Below are positions 1 to 9,836 of a stretch of 64,000 bases of DNA, piece by piece. The notes under the pieces were generated by a model. It made no database searches, was not told the DNA's origin, and saw nothing but the letters and a program-made list of their open reading frames with translations. The position numbers and the translations under genes were made by a program. Positions within the stretch are counted from its first letter, which is position 1, and each line of letters starts with the position of its first letter. Source of the DNA: an uncultured Verrucomicrobiae bacterium (GTDB lineage Bacteria > Verrucomicrobiota > Verrucomicrobiia > Chthoniobacterales > JAFAMB01); contig CAVXLD010000007.1 of the NCBI GenBank assembly GCA_963762565.1, positions 96,001 to 160,000 of the forward strand. The letters are read 5' to 3'.

Positions 1-324
1 AGGCAGAACGGACCAATCGGAGAACTCGCGAGTCACTACGGCGGAGAAATGAGGTGATCCGTCGGTGTATTCGACCCCGGCTTTGATCCAATTCGCTGGG
101 TCAAGCCGAATCATGACACCTGCCTGATCATACAGCGCTTCGTATTTCCCTTCGACCTTTACCTGGATCGTAAAGTCACCCGTCTTTTCCTCGTAATAGA
201 AATGGCCGTTATCACGAATAAAACCGTAGTGGGTAATGCGCCAGAAATCAGTTTTTGACCCGGTGACAACGCGTAACCGGTCATTGTTTGCTTCCCAGGT
301 GGTAGGTTCATTGAGCCAGAGCAT
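1..324 (-). CDS. DUF1349 (Ree1-like, concanavalin-fold) protein, truncated by the window edge
   Basis: Manual translation from ATG at 324: [10 protein letters not shown]...[19 protein letters not shown]...[23 protein letters not shown]...[12 protein letters not shown], the DUF1349 signature; the frame is open to position 1. Confidence 0.85.
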   Translation of the reverse strand, partial: MLWLNEPTTWEANNDRLRVVTGSKTDFWRITHYGFIRDNGHFYYEEKTGDFTIQVKVEGKYEALYDQAGVMIRLDPANWIKAGVEYTDGSPHFSAVVTREFSDWSVLP

Positions 325-325
325 A

Positions 326-460
326 GTTCAGGAGTTCAGGAGGGTCGCACGAACCACGAAATTGCAAGGATAAAACTCCTCTTTCCGAGAATCTTGGAGC
401 AACCCAATCGCATCGATAGCAGGCTCCTGAATTCCTGAACTCCTTGAACTCCTGAACTCC
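326..460. repeat. Inverted octamer-tandem repeat element (ttcaggag / ctcctgaa units)
   Basis: gttcaggagttcaggag at 326-342 and ctcctgaattcctgaactccttgaactcctgaactcc at 424-460. Confidence 0.7.
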
Positions 461-478
461 TTTCTGCAATGTGGCCCG

Positions 479-1141
479 GTGAATCGTATTCTTTGCTTCT
501 TGCTCGTTGTAATCGGCGTTTGGCCTGCGGTCGCGGATGACGGCCAGCAGATCGCGTCCTTAGTCAAAGAAACTCAGAAAGTTGTGACGGATTCCGGCAC
601 GCTGGCGGTGGCCTTATGGATCCCGATCGAAATGTTTCAAGATGTGCTGAAGACTTACCCTAAGGTAACCGATGACGCGAAGAAGGATCTGTTGAAAACA
701 GCGCAAGATTATGTCTTGATCGCTGTGGTCGACGCCAAGAAAGGGCAATCGGGTCTTTCGTTCACTCCTGCCGCCGATATTCTAAAGAGCGCGAAATTGA
801 CGGGACCGGATGGACAAACGGTTACACCGCTGGCAGACGCGAACCTGAACCCGGCCGCGCAAAATTTGGTCGGCGTGGTGAAGCCTCTGTTTGCCGGCAT
901 GATGGGACGGCTTGGCCAGAACTTTCAGTTGCTAGTATTTCCTAGCGCAGACAGTGCCGGGAAAAAAATGGCGGATCCAAACAGTGAAGGGCGCGTGACG
1001 CTGGCTGAAAACGAACACAGCTTCTCTTGGCGGCTACCTTTGGCAAGTTTACTCCCGGAAAAAATCTGTCCGAAATGCGGGGAACATCTGCCGGGTAATT
1101 ATAAGTACTGTCCTTACGACGGAACTAAGCTCTCGGATTAG
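479..1141 (+). CDS. Secreted hypothetical protein with C-terminal zinc ribbon
   Basis: 220-aa ORF with N-terminal signal peptide and C-terminal CPKCG...CPYDG. Confidence 0.8.
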   Translation: MNRILCFLLVVIGVWPAVADDGQQIASLVKETQKVVTDSGTLAVALWIPIEMFQDVLKTYPKVTDDAKKDLLKTAQDYVLIAVVDAKKGQSGLSFTPAADILKSAKLTGPDGQTVTPLADANLNPAAQNLVGVVKPLFAGMMGRLGQNFQLLVFPSADSAGKKMADPNSEGRVTLAENEHSFSWRLPLASLLPEKICPKCGEHLPGNYKYCPYDGTKLSD

Positions 1142-1156
1142 AGATAGCCGCAAAAA

Positions 1157-1212
1157 CCTGTCGCGCCGTAGGACGTTCGGCGAGTTCAGTCGAGTCGCTT
1201 GGCGAAGGCGGA
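1157..1212 (-). mobile_element. ~30-bp hairpin mini-element carrying a 25-bp internal insertion (1173-1197), sitting inside another repeat
   Basis: Removing 1173-1197 gives cctgtcgcgccgtagg|cttggcgaaggcgga, which matches copies at 5486-5516 and 20667-20697. Confidence 0.6.
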
Positions 1213-1261
1213 AGGCACAAAAGGCGCAAAAGAAAGAGGGGCGAAGGCTGGCCCATGGTTG

Positions 1262-1379
1262 GGGAGGGCGCGCGTCCCCGCGCGCTGCGTACCGGTCTAT
1301 AATCTGGATATAGTGTGGCGCGCGATCGGGTTTGTCGTGGGCTTGTCGAACAACGGATCGCGAGGACGCGATCCCTCCC
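1262..1379 (+). repeat. REPIN-like element, family A
   Basis: gggagggcgcgcgtccccgcgcgc...gatcgcgaggacgcgatccctccc; spacer similar to the copies at 4498 and 29713. Confidence 0.85.
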
Positions 1380-1395
1380 CGGGCATCGCACTCCA

Positions 1396-4194
1396 TTATT
1401 TTCTCACTAGCTCTGAGCGATTTACGATCGGGATCGGCTTGAGCTGGGATACAACTTTCTGAAACCGCGGGTCGCTTCGTAACTGGTCCCAGTCCGCCAT
1501 GGTCAGGTCGCCATAGGTAAGAGCGCGTGGCACCTGCTCTAATGACTCGAGTTGTTCGATGGCTAACTCGGGTTCACCGGCCCAAACATAGAGCTCGGCC
1601 AGGTCGAGTGCTAACTGAGGTCCATCAACGGCATCTTTCGAAATCGGCCGCATCGCGACTGCCCGCCGCCCTTCACTAAGCGCGTTTTCCTTGTCCCCGA
1701 GCGCGGCATCGTTCCAAGCCAACAACATCAAAGGGTTCGGATCATCTGGCCATTGTTGGACATAGGCGAGTTGCAGTAGACGCGACTTCTCGAAAGCGGC
1801 GCTAGCCAAGGCTTCATCACCTTCAGACTTCTTGATCCAGCCGAGCACAAAATCCCGGCAGGCGAACTTCTTGGTGTCTGCTTCAAAAGCCGGGTGGGGA
1901 TCTGCCGCTAGGACCTTCTCGGCAGCGGCAAAATTCCGGTCCGTCACGGCACAGTTTATTTTGATAAGAGTGTCAATGCCAACGCCGCGGAGCGGTCCAG
2001 CCGGTTCGTCAAATAGGGCATGAAAGGCCGAGGTGTCACCCTTTTCTTGCCAGGTCAGCAGCGCCTTCTTGAACTCAATGGATTGAGCGTTTGCTCCAAA
2101 TCTAGCGGCGTCGGACAACGAGCGACGAACCAGGTCGTACTGTCGATGGAAATCGTAAATGCCGTTGAGCGCGAGAATCAGATTCGCGTTTTTCGGATCG
2201 AGGGCGGATGCACGCCCATAATCCTGTACCGCCTCCCGCCATTCTCCTTGGTGGGAAGCGGTATCTGCTAACAGGCCAAAGAGGTAAGCTGAATTCGGCA
2301 ACGTGCGCCGAGCGACATCGAGTTCCCGGCGAATCGCGGGATAGTCGCTAGTGGTAACCAAGAGATGATGAGCTTGTTCTAAATGCACTTCACCAAGATC
2401 TGGGCGCAGGCGGAGAGCGGTCCGCAGAGCGGTTTCAGCGGCGGTACGCCTGGATTCGGTGTGGTCCGTATTATGGGAATACAGATAGTCGTGTGCCCTC
2501 GCGAGTGTGCACCAGGCCAAGGCAAAGCTCGGGTCCCGATGCACCGCTTCCTCCAAAAGGCGAACAGCGCTATACAGTGATTCGGTACTCTGCGTGTCAT
2601 GGTCATAATTCTCCACCAACTCTTTGGCATGTAGGTAGAGTTCATAGGCGGCGAGATCCCGGGTTGGTATCTCGCCGATAGAGCTTTTTTCGGCGGTCGA
2701 AAGTTTAGCGCGCAGCTCTTGAGAAATGGCTTCGGCTAGTTCTGCCTGGATTGCGAAAACGTCCGTTAAATCACCATCATAACGTTCCGCCCACAGCTCA
2801 CGCCCAGTCTTAGCTTCTTCGAGCTGGGCCGTTAATCGAATCCGTTCACCTTCACGTTGGATGCTGCCGTTGAGAAGGTAACGGACATGTAGCGCCTGCC
2901 CGATTTCTTGAGGTGTAGGCCGGTTCGCAGCATCTCTATAGGCCTGGACACTGCTGCGGCTGATCACTTGTAGATCGGCAATCTTCGCCAGGTTGGTGAG
3001 AATATCATCCTGGACGCCGTCGGCAAAATAAGAGTCGTCCCGGACCGGACTTAGGTTGTCGAACGGTAGTACGGCGATGGATTTAGCGGAATTATTATCT
3101 GTAAATATCCCATGCTGAAACCAAAACAGTGATGCCGCTACGAGTAGCCCTAACCCGCTAGCGACGACCCAATAAATCTTGGGGCTGACCCGTCTTCCGG
3201 TTCCTTGTTGGGCTCTCGTGATCGCTTCGAGCAGAGCTTGTCCGTTTTGCGGTCGATCCTCGGGAGAAGCACTCAATAGTGAAAGCACCAATTTCTGTAT
3301 CGCCGCGGGGATGTGCGCACGCTTAAGCCGGGCGATCAACCGTCGCCGATCGTTCATCTGTCTGGGCAATTCCGGAATCTGATCGGCTTTGAAAGGTGGT
3401 GTACCAGTGAGCAAATAAAAAAGGGTGCTTCCTAAAGAGAAATAATCCGAACGTTGGTCGATCTCTTGACCGGAAAATTGTTCGGGGCTGGCAAAAGCCG
3501 GGGTCCCAACAAAACCACTATTCGTAATTTGGTCGGGCGGGTCCTGGCTACCCACGATTTTGGCCAGGCCGAAATCGATCACTTTAACATTGATGCCCGA
3601 TCCATTGAGCAACATCAGGTTCGCCGGTTTTAGATCGCGATGCACGAGACCCTGTTTTTCGGCTGCCATTAATGCGCCCGCGATCTGAGCTATTATCTCT
3701 AAGGCATCTGCTACCGGCAGAGGGCCGCTGCGCCGGACTCGCTCGGCCAGCGTCTCTCCTTCCACTAGCTCCATGGCGTAATAACACTGGCCGTCACTGG
3801 CGACCCCGTAGTAGAGAACGTTCACTACATGCGGATGTCGCAACCGAGCGGCAGCCCGCGCTTCGCGCAGAAAACGTTCCCAATTGATCTCTTGGCCGGC
3901 TACCTTGAAATCGATGACTTTCAGCGCGACCGGCAGCTGGAGATTTGTGTCGATGGCTCTATAGGTCACCCCCATTGAACCGCGGCCCAGTTCGATAAAA
4001 GTGCCATCGGAATGCGTGGAGATTTCATACGGTTCGAACCTGCTAATCTGGTCCGCTTCCGGTAATTGGTCCGGTTCAAGTGCCGGATTCAATAGACAGG
4101 GCAAACAATAGCCATGATAAGAGCGATTAAGGTCGATTACTCCGTGACACCGCCGGCATCTGGTCTGATCAGGGATGGCGGCGAGGGCACTCAT
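1396..4194 (-). CDS. Hanks-type Ser/Thr protein kinase with TM helix, TolB-like N-terminal domain and TPR-like region
   Basis: GRGSMG, VALK, HRDLKPAN, DFG, GTPAFASPE; TM helix IYWVVASGLGLLVAASLFW; KSIAVLPFDNLS...YFADGVQDDIL. Start moved to MSALAA because the upstream ORF extension is repeat-derived. Confidence 0.92.
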   Translation of the reverse strand: MSALAAIPDQTRCRRCHGVIDLNRSYHGYCLPCLLNPALEPDQLPEADQISRFEPYEISTHSDGTFIELGRGSMGVTYRAIDTNLQLPVALKVIDFKVAGQEINWERFLREARAAARLRHPHVVNVLYYGVASDGQCYYAMELVEGETLAERVRRSGPLPVADALEIIAQIAGALMAAEKQGLVHRDLKPANLMLLNGSGINVKVIDFGLAKIVGSQDPPDQITNSGFVGTPAFASPEQFSGQEIDQRSDYFSLGSTLFYLLTGTPPFKADQIPELPRQMNDRRRLIARLKRAHIPAAIQKLVLSLLSASPEDRPQNGQALLEAITRAQQGTGRRVSPKIYWVVASGLGLLVAASLFWFQHGIFTDNNSAKSIAVLPFDNLSPVRDDSYFADGVQDDILTNLAKIADLQVISRSSVQAYRDAANRPTPQEIGQALHVRYLLNGSIQREGERIRLTAQLEEAKTGRELWAERYDGDLTDVFAIQAELAEAISQELRAKLSTAEKSSIGEIPTRDLAAYELYLHAKELVENYDHDTQSTESLYSAVRLLEEAVHRDPSFALAWCTLARAHDYLYSHNTDHTESRRTAAETALRTALRLRPDLGEVHLEQAHHLLVTTSDYPAIRRELDVARRTLPNSAYLFGLLADTASHQGEWREAVQDYGRASALDPKNANLILALNGIYDFHRQYDLVRRSLSDAARFGANAQSIEFKKALLTWQEKGDTSAFHALFDEPAGPLRGVGIDTLIKINCAVTDRNFAAAEKVLAADPHPAFEADTKKFACRDFVLGWIKKSEGDEALASAAFEKSRLLQLAYVQQWPDDPNPLMLLAWNDAALGDKENALSEGRRAVAMRPISKDAVDGPQLALDLAELYVWAGEPELAIEQLESLEQVPRALTYGDLTMADWDQLRSDPRFQKVVSQLKPIPIVNRSELVRK

Positions 4195-4497
4195 GGAAGA
4201 GTGAGAGGTGAAAAGCGAAAGGTGATAGGTGGAGCGCTTCCTCGCTCGCAAAGCCGGCGGGCGCGGGTAGCGGCAGTTGGAGGAATGGAGTAGGGGAGTG
4301 CTGGAGAAATGGAGTAGTGGGGTTGTGCAGCGATGCTGCACGGCGAAACGAAATGGACTGAACGGGGCACAATCATGGCCAGGAAATCCCTTATCTCCAC
4401 CAAACGGCGAACCGAGGACGCACCTCGTCCTATCGGAAAAGGTGGGCGTTGGCAAGGGGATTGGTTCTCGTGCTCGTGATGAATTCGGCAGATCGCC

Positions 4498-4616
4498 GGG
4501 AGGGATCGCGTCCTCGCGATCCGCGGTTTTCGAAGTCCACGACAGACCCGATCCAGCGTCAGGCTATGTCCAAAATTATAGACCTGTCCGCGGCGCGCGA
4601 GGACGCGCGCCCTCCC
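4498..4616 (-). repeat. REPIN-like element, family A
   Basis: Reverse complement is very similar to 29713-29836 and 1262-1379. Confidence 0.85.
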
Positions 4617-4628
4617 ACCTATGGACCC

Positions 4629-5375
4629 CTAACCGCGCGAGCCAACTGAGAGTGAAGCTTGGAGGGCGCGAATCTCGGCGTCGAAATCTGCGGAACTGGC
4701 TACCGTGCGCGCGACTTCGGCCTTCAAAATCTCCCGGTAACGCACTCTTAGCCGATAAATCGCGGCTTTCGTCGCGGCGACAGTAAGACCGGTTCGTTGC
4801 GCCACTTCCAGATAGGAACGTTCCTCACCGCCCAGCAAAAAACCGGATAGCTCGTCGTACAACTCTCCCTTCCCGGCCTGATCCATTTCGAGCTTTATTT
4901 GACCAAGTGTGTTTTCAATCAGCATCATGGCCCATTGGGCATCGAAGATTTGTTCCGCGGTTAGACCAGGGTCAATCAATTGGTAAGCCCCTTCTGCGGC
5001 TTCATCATCGAGAAACACGATCTTGGCCCCGCCTCCACGTTTCTGGGCTCGAGCGCGCTCATCGGTATGGCCGAGGAAAAACTCTAGAGCCCTTAGAAGA
5101 AACGTCCGAAATTTTCCCTGACCGGCCACGGCGCGGTTGAAGCCATCCTTCTCTAAAAGATACACAAAGAAATCGTGGGTTATATCCTGTGCGTCCTGGC
5201 GATTATAGCCTCGCCGGCGAACAAAAGAATAAACCGGATAGCAATAGCTCTGGTATAGGTTCTCAAGTGCGCTCCGGCTTTTTTCGCCTTCACCACCGGC
5301 AGCGCAGACCACGCTCCAATGGGTCGTTTCGAACCGGAGCTGTCCACCTGCGCTTGAGCTTAGCCAGCCAGTCAT
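4629..5375 (-). CDS. ECF sigma-70 factor of the kinase-associated type (FxTTxWSxV N-terminus)
   Basis: FETTHWSVV, DAQDITHDFF, KFRTFL, region 4 SYLEVAQRTGLTVAATKAAIYRLR; lies upstream of the STK on the same strand. Confidence 0.88.
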   Translation of the reverse strand: MTGWLSSSAGGQLRFETTHWSVVCAAGGEGEKSRSALENLYQSYCYPVYSFVRRRGYNRQDAQDITHDFFVYLLEKDGFNRAVAGQGKFRTFLLRALEFFLGHTDERARAQKRGGGAKIVFLDDEAAEGAYQLIDPGLTAEQIFDAQWAMMLIENTLGQIKLEMDQAGKGELYDELSGFLLGGEERSYLEVAQRTGLTVAATKAAIYRLRVRYREILKAEVARTVASSADFDAEIRALQASLSVGSRG

Positions 5376-5393
5376 GCCGGCGGGAAGATACGT

Positions 5394-5516
5394 GAGAAGT
5401 GAGAAGTTAGAAGTGAGAAGTGATTGGTGTTCCCGGCGATGACGGCGCTCGCGGCGCTCCCGGCGTTGTGTTGGTGGGGCAAGGGCCTGCCGCGTCGTAG
5501 GCTTGGCGGAGGCGGG
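5394..5516. repeat. Composite repeat: (gagaagt)n heptamers, cggcg-rich units and a mini-element (5486-5516)
   Basis: The same heptamer and cggcg composite recurs at 11825-11938. Confidence 0.7.
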
Positions 5517-5585
5517 CTCCCGAAGAACCACGCAATTAAGCGGGAGCCGCGCAACTTTCGTACGCGTTTCCGTACAATATTGAAT

Positions 5586-7670
5586 ATGGAGGCCTCCGCT
5601 TTTCTCCGATCGCTTCTTGGTTATGCATTTTGTCGCTGGCGCATTCGAACGATTCTGTTTAGTGCAATCGTTGGTGCATCACCGGTTCTGTTCTCCGGGC
5701 CATTGTTGGCAGGGTCAACCGTGCAACTATCGCCGTTGGTTGCAAAATCCACGTTGATCGGTCCGCTTGACGGCAACAGACAGATTAGCGTAGTGCTGGT
5801 ATTACCATTGTCGGATCCTCAGGGGGCGGCGCGGTTTGTCCAGCATCTTTCAACTCCGGGAGATCCGCTTTATCACCGTTACCTCACCCCTGAACAATTC
5901 GCCGAAGGGTTTGGTGGCAATGCATCGGATTATGCTGCCGTGAAGGAATGGGCGGCCGCGAACGGGCTCACCGTATCGCAGGAATCGACTGCTCGGATGA
6001 GTTTAACGGTTCATGGTTCAGTAGCTCAATTTGAGAACATCTTTAGTACGCAGGTCAACACTTACCGTTCGCCGAGTGGTGAAGATTTCTATTCTGCCGC
6101 AATCAAACCGACGGTGCCGAGTACTATAGCGGCGAAGGTTTCGAGTGTTATCGGCCTCACCGGTAGCAAACAATACGCACCACTGGTCAAGATTGGTAAG
6201 ATATTAGGGACGGCCGCTGACCTATCTGGCGAGCGTGCAAGGACGGACGCCGGTCCGGGTGGAACCGGGCCGGGTGGGTCTTACGCACCAGCTGACTTGC
6301 GAGCAGCCTACACCATCCCTCTTTTCGGCAAATTTGATGATAGGACGGTGGTGGGGGTGTTCGAGCAGGGTGGTTTCGATGCTTCGGATGTGACCGAATA
6401 TCTCACCAGATTTAAGCTGCCACAGCCTAAAGTCACAGCAGTCAGCGTGGACGGTTCTCCAACCGGGGTTAGCGATCCAAACGTCGAATTGGAAGCCGTG
6501 CTCGATATCGACATGGTTATTGGGATCAATCCAAGCATCCACGAGGTACGAGTCTACGAAGACTCAACCGATTACTTCCAAGTGGCTCTCCTGGATGCGA
6601 TGACTCAGGCGGCTAACGAAGATAAGGTGCAGATCCTCAGCATCTCGTATGGGCAGGATGAATATCTACAGGGCCAAGACGCCATCAACGCGGAAAACGA
6701 TGCGTTACTGGAACTCGCCAGTGAAGGAATAACCGTATTAGCCAGTTCCGGCGACAATGGCGCCTATGGTGATCTTAGCAATGGCGTTTACAACGTATCG
6801 GACCCTGCCACGCAACCGTATATAACTGCAGTGGGCGGAACCACGCTGCTTACAGGCCCGCACCAAGAGTATCAAAGTGAACACATCTGGAATGATCTGG
6901 TTATCTACCTTGGCGCGGATGGGGGAGGAATTAGTTCAGTCTGGTCGATTCCTTCATGGCAGGTCGGGGCTGAGCCAGCCGTCAACGGAGGATCGGACAC
7001 CATGCGCAACGTGCCGGATATCGCCGCGGTGGGCGATCCGCTGACCGGTGTCGGCATTTATTCCAAGATCAACGGCGGCTGGTTACAAGTTGGAGGCACC
7101 AGCGTTGCCGCGCCAATTTGGGCTTCCTATTTGGGTCTGGTAAACGCAGGAGCCAAATTTGCTGGTCTCGGCCGGCTAGGGTATTTCAACCCCACGCTCT
7201 ATAACATAGGAGCCGCGATCGATGGTGTTCCGGTCCCCTGGGCCTGGTTAAACGACGTTGAAACTGGGTCCAATGGTTCAAATGCGCTGTACACTGGCTA
7301 TCCCGGCTACAGCGCGGGTTACGCCTATGATGACTGTAAAGGTAATGGTTCGCTTTCGGGTTCAGTTTTACCAGCGATTCTGATCAACAATCTAAATGAG
7401 AGTCTTAATGGACTCAACAGTGCGTGGGCGGTACCGACGGATAGGTCCGTTTTAATCCAGTGGGATAAGGCGGTAGGAGCAACTGCCTACTTTGTAACGG
7501 TGGATCATACCGCCGGTGCTAGTGCCGTTGGGGTCGCCAATGTTTATGCCACGAAGACCACCAGCTTAGAAGTAACCGGCCTCATTCCAGACACCGTTTA
7601 CTTTGCGGTCGTGTTTGCAGTTAGTCCGTATGGTTTCCAGTTTAATTACCTCTACTTCACAACCAAGTAG
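5586..7670 (+). CDS. S53 peptidase (sedolisin/kumamolisin-like) with propeptide and C-terminal FN3, paralogue 1
   Basis: Propeptide YHRYLTPEQF; ELEAVLDID; SSGDNG; RNVPDIA; GGTSVAAP; FN3-like tail. Start approximate. Confidence 0.92.
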   Translation: MEASAFLRSLLGYAFCRWRIRTILFSAIVGASPVLFSGPLLAGSTVQLSPLVAKSTLIGPLDGNRQISVVLVLPLSDPQGAARFVQHLSTPGDPLYHRYLTPEQFAEGFGGNASDYAAVKEWAAANGLTVSQESTARMSLTVHGSVAQFENIFSTQVNTYRSPSGEDFYSAAIKPTVPSTIAAKVSSVIGLTGSKQYAPLVKIGKILGTAADLSGERARTDAGPGGTGPGGSYAPADLRAAYTIPLFGKFDDRTVVGVFEQGGFDASDVTEYLTRFKLPQPKVTAVSVDGSPTGVSDPNVELEAVLDIDMVIGINPSIHEVRVYEDSTDYFQVALLDAMTQAANEDKVQILSISYGQDEYLQGQDAINAENDALLELASEGITVLASSGDNGAYGDLSNGVYNVSDPATQPYITAVGGTTLLTGPHQEYQSEHIWNDLVIYLGADGGGISSVWSIPSWQVGAEPAVNGGSDTMRNVPDIAAVGDPLTGVGIYSKINGGWLQVGGTSVAAPIWASYLGLVNAGAKFAGLGRLGYFNPTLYNIGAAIDGVPVPWAWLNDVETGSNGSNALYTGYPGYSAGYAYDDCKGNGSLSGSVLPAILINNLNESLNGLNSAWAVPTDRSVLIQWDKAVGATAYFVTVDHTAGASAVGVANVYATKTTSLEVTGLIPDTVYFAVVFAVSPYGFQFNYLYFTTK

Positions 7671-7701
7671 TAACAACCTTAACATCCAATCCCGTCCGAG
7701 A

Positions 7702-9798
7702 ATGACTATGGAGACTCGACTACTAATAAACTGTGGTTATCGCAGAGGGTTCAATTGCGGAACTTGTAAAGGTGCGTTGGTAAGCGGAGTTAGCTTGTTG
7801 ATGTTCCTGCTCGCACCTGACCGGCTATCTGGAGGGATCACAACGATCGACTTATCGCCGTTGGTGCCAAAATCTACCCTGGTCGGCCCGTTGGATAAAG
7901 AACAGCAGATCAGCGTGGTTCTGGTGTTGCCATTGTCAGACGCTCGGGGCGCAGCATCGTTTGTGCAACAGGTGTCTTGGCCTGGTAATCCGCTTTATCA
8001 TAGGTATATAACGCCGCAGGAATTTGCCGACAGGTTTGGCGGCAGCGCCGCGGACTATACGGCACTGAAGGATTGGGCGACCGCAAATGGTCTGGAAGTA
8101 ACCCAGGAGTCCATCGCCCGGACTAGTTTAACCGTGCGAGGTTCAGTCGCCCAACTGCAAACGATCTTTAAGACACAGATCAACCGGTACCTAGATCTAA
8201 ATGGCGAAGAGTTCTATTCCGCCAATATCAAACCAACTGTTCCGAGCGCTATCTCGGCTAAAATTTCCGGGTTGATCGGGCTCACCGGTAGTAGGCAGTA
8301 TTCACCGTTAGTGAAGCTTGGGAAACGGCTGGGCGAAAGTCCAGCGAAAATAACCGGTCAAGCCGTTAGAACCGATGGAAGTCCCGGAGGGACCGGACCG
8401 GGCGGGGCGTATTCGGCAGCGGACCTGCGAACGGCTTACAGTATACCCGGGTTCGGCAGCTTGGATGACAAGACGGTGGTGGCAGTTTTTGAGCAGGGTG
8501 GATTCGATCTTTCTGACGTGACCGAATACCTTACCAAGAACGGTCTGCCAGAACCGAAAATAACCGTAGTAAGCGTTGATCATTCGCCCACAACCGTCAC
8601 CAACGCGAACGTGGAAATCGAAGGCGTGCTCGACATCGACATGATTGTGGCGATCAATCCGAGTGTTCATGAGGTGCTGGCTTACGAAGATTCGGTGGAT
8701 TCATTGCCGGTTGCGCTGGTCGACGCGATGACGCAGGTGGCGAATGATAACAAAGCGCAAATCCTGAGCATCTCTTACGGACAGGATGAATACCTGCAAG
8801 GCAAAAATACGCTCCACGCCGAACATTCTGTCCTTACGCAACTTGCGGCTCAAGGCATCACTGTAGTCGCTAGCTCCGGGAACAACGGCGCCTATGGTGA
8901 TCAGAGTGACGGCGTTTACAACGTCTACGATCCGGCCTCACAACCGTATGTGACTGGTGTTGGGGGTACCACCCTCTTCACCGGCAAGGGTCAGCAGTAC
9001 GAGTTTGAACAGGTGTACAACGAGCTGCAGTACGATGAGGGCGCAAGCGGCGGAGGAATAAGTTCCTACTGGCCCTTTCCGTCTTATGACTCTTCCGCCG
9101 GCACCGGTTACTTTACAACCAATGGAGGGTCGTCAACCTATCGGAATGTGCCGGATGTTGCTGTGGTCGGTGATCCATTCACGGGTGTGGCGATCTATTC
9201 GAAGGTGAATGGTGGTTGGCTAGAAATCGGTGGCACCGGCGTTTCCGCGGCGATCTGGGCGGGTTACCTCAGTGTGGTTAACGCGGTATTCAAGTTTGCA
9301 GACCTCGGAACCATTGGGTCTTTTAACCCGCTTTTGTACGCTGTTGGAGAACCCGACTATCAGCCTTCGAGTTACTTATACGACATTGAAACCGGAACGA
9401 ATGGGAATACCCGGTTATACTCCCTTCCTGGTTACAGCGCCGGTGTAGGCTATTCTAATTGCACCGGAGTCGGTTCGATCTGGGGTGGAGGTTTTGTCCC
9501 GGCTTTGATGGCGGTTGGGAAAACATTTGGGACAAATATTGGTCTGGTCAATACCATCAATGTAATACCAGGCACTAACAGCGCGCAGATCAATTGGAAC
9601 AAATGTTCTGGGGCATCCGTTTACTTTGTGGAGCTAACGCACGCTGGCACCATCTACTACATTACGACCACCTATGCGACAAAGCAGACGAGCATGGAGC
9701 TCACGGGTTTAGTTCCCGATGACAACTATTCCGTAGCTGTCTGGGCTGTTAATGCGACCGGTTTTTCAAACAACCAGGTTACGTTTGCAACCAAGTAG
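7702..9798 (+). CDS. S53 family protein, paralogue 2, predicted catalytically inactive
   Basis: Full-length homologue with SSGNNG in place of SSGD and GGTGVSAA in place of GGTSxxAP. Confidence 0.88.
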   Translation: MTMETRLLINCGYRRGFNCGTCKGALVSGVSLLMFLLAPDRLSGGITTIDLSPLVPKSTLVGPLDKEQQISVVLVLPLSDARGAASFVQQVSWPGNPLYHRYITPQEFADRFGGSAADYTALKDWATANGLEVTQESIARTSLTVRGSVAQLQTIFKTQINRYLDLNGEEFYSANIKPTVPSAISAKISGLIGLTGSRQYSPLVKLGKRLGESPAKITGQAVRTDGSPGGTGPGGAYSAADLRTAYSIPGFGSLDDKTVVAVFEQGGFDLSDVTEYLTKNGLPEPKITVVSVDHSPTTVTNANVEIEGVLDIDMIVAINPSVHEVLAYEDSVDSLPVALVDAMTQVANDNKAQILSISYGQDEYLQGKNTLHAEHSVLTQLAAQGITVVASSGNNGAYGDQSDGVYNVYDPASQPYVTGVGGTTLFTGKGQQYEFEQVYNELQYDEGASGGGISSYWPFPSYDSSAGTGYFTTNGGSSTYRNVPDVAVVGDPFTGVAIYSKVNGGWLEIGGTGVSAAIWAGYLSVVNAVFKFADLGTIGSFNPLLYAVGEPDYQPSSYLYDIETGTNGNTRLYSLPGYSAGVGYSNCTGVGSIWGGGFVPALMAVGKTFGTNIGLVNTINVIPGTNSAQINWNKCSGASVYFVELTHAGTIYYITTTYATKQTSMELTGLVPDDNYSVAVWAVNATGFSNNQVTFATK

Positions 9799-9836
9799 GC
9801 GCTTCGCGGCTGAAACGCAAACTTCAAAAGCAACCA

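Noticed and set aside
4195..4455. N-terminal extension of the kinase ORF (likewise 5376-5531, 10635-10802, 19294-19527)
   Set aside because: These extensions translate intergenic repeats; downstream ATGs give family-typical starts
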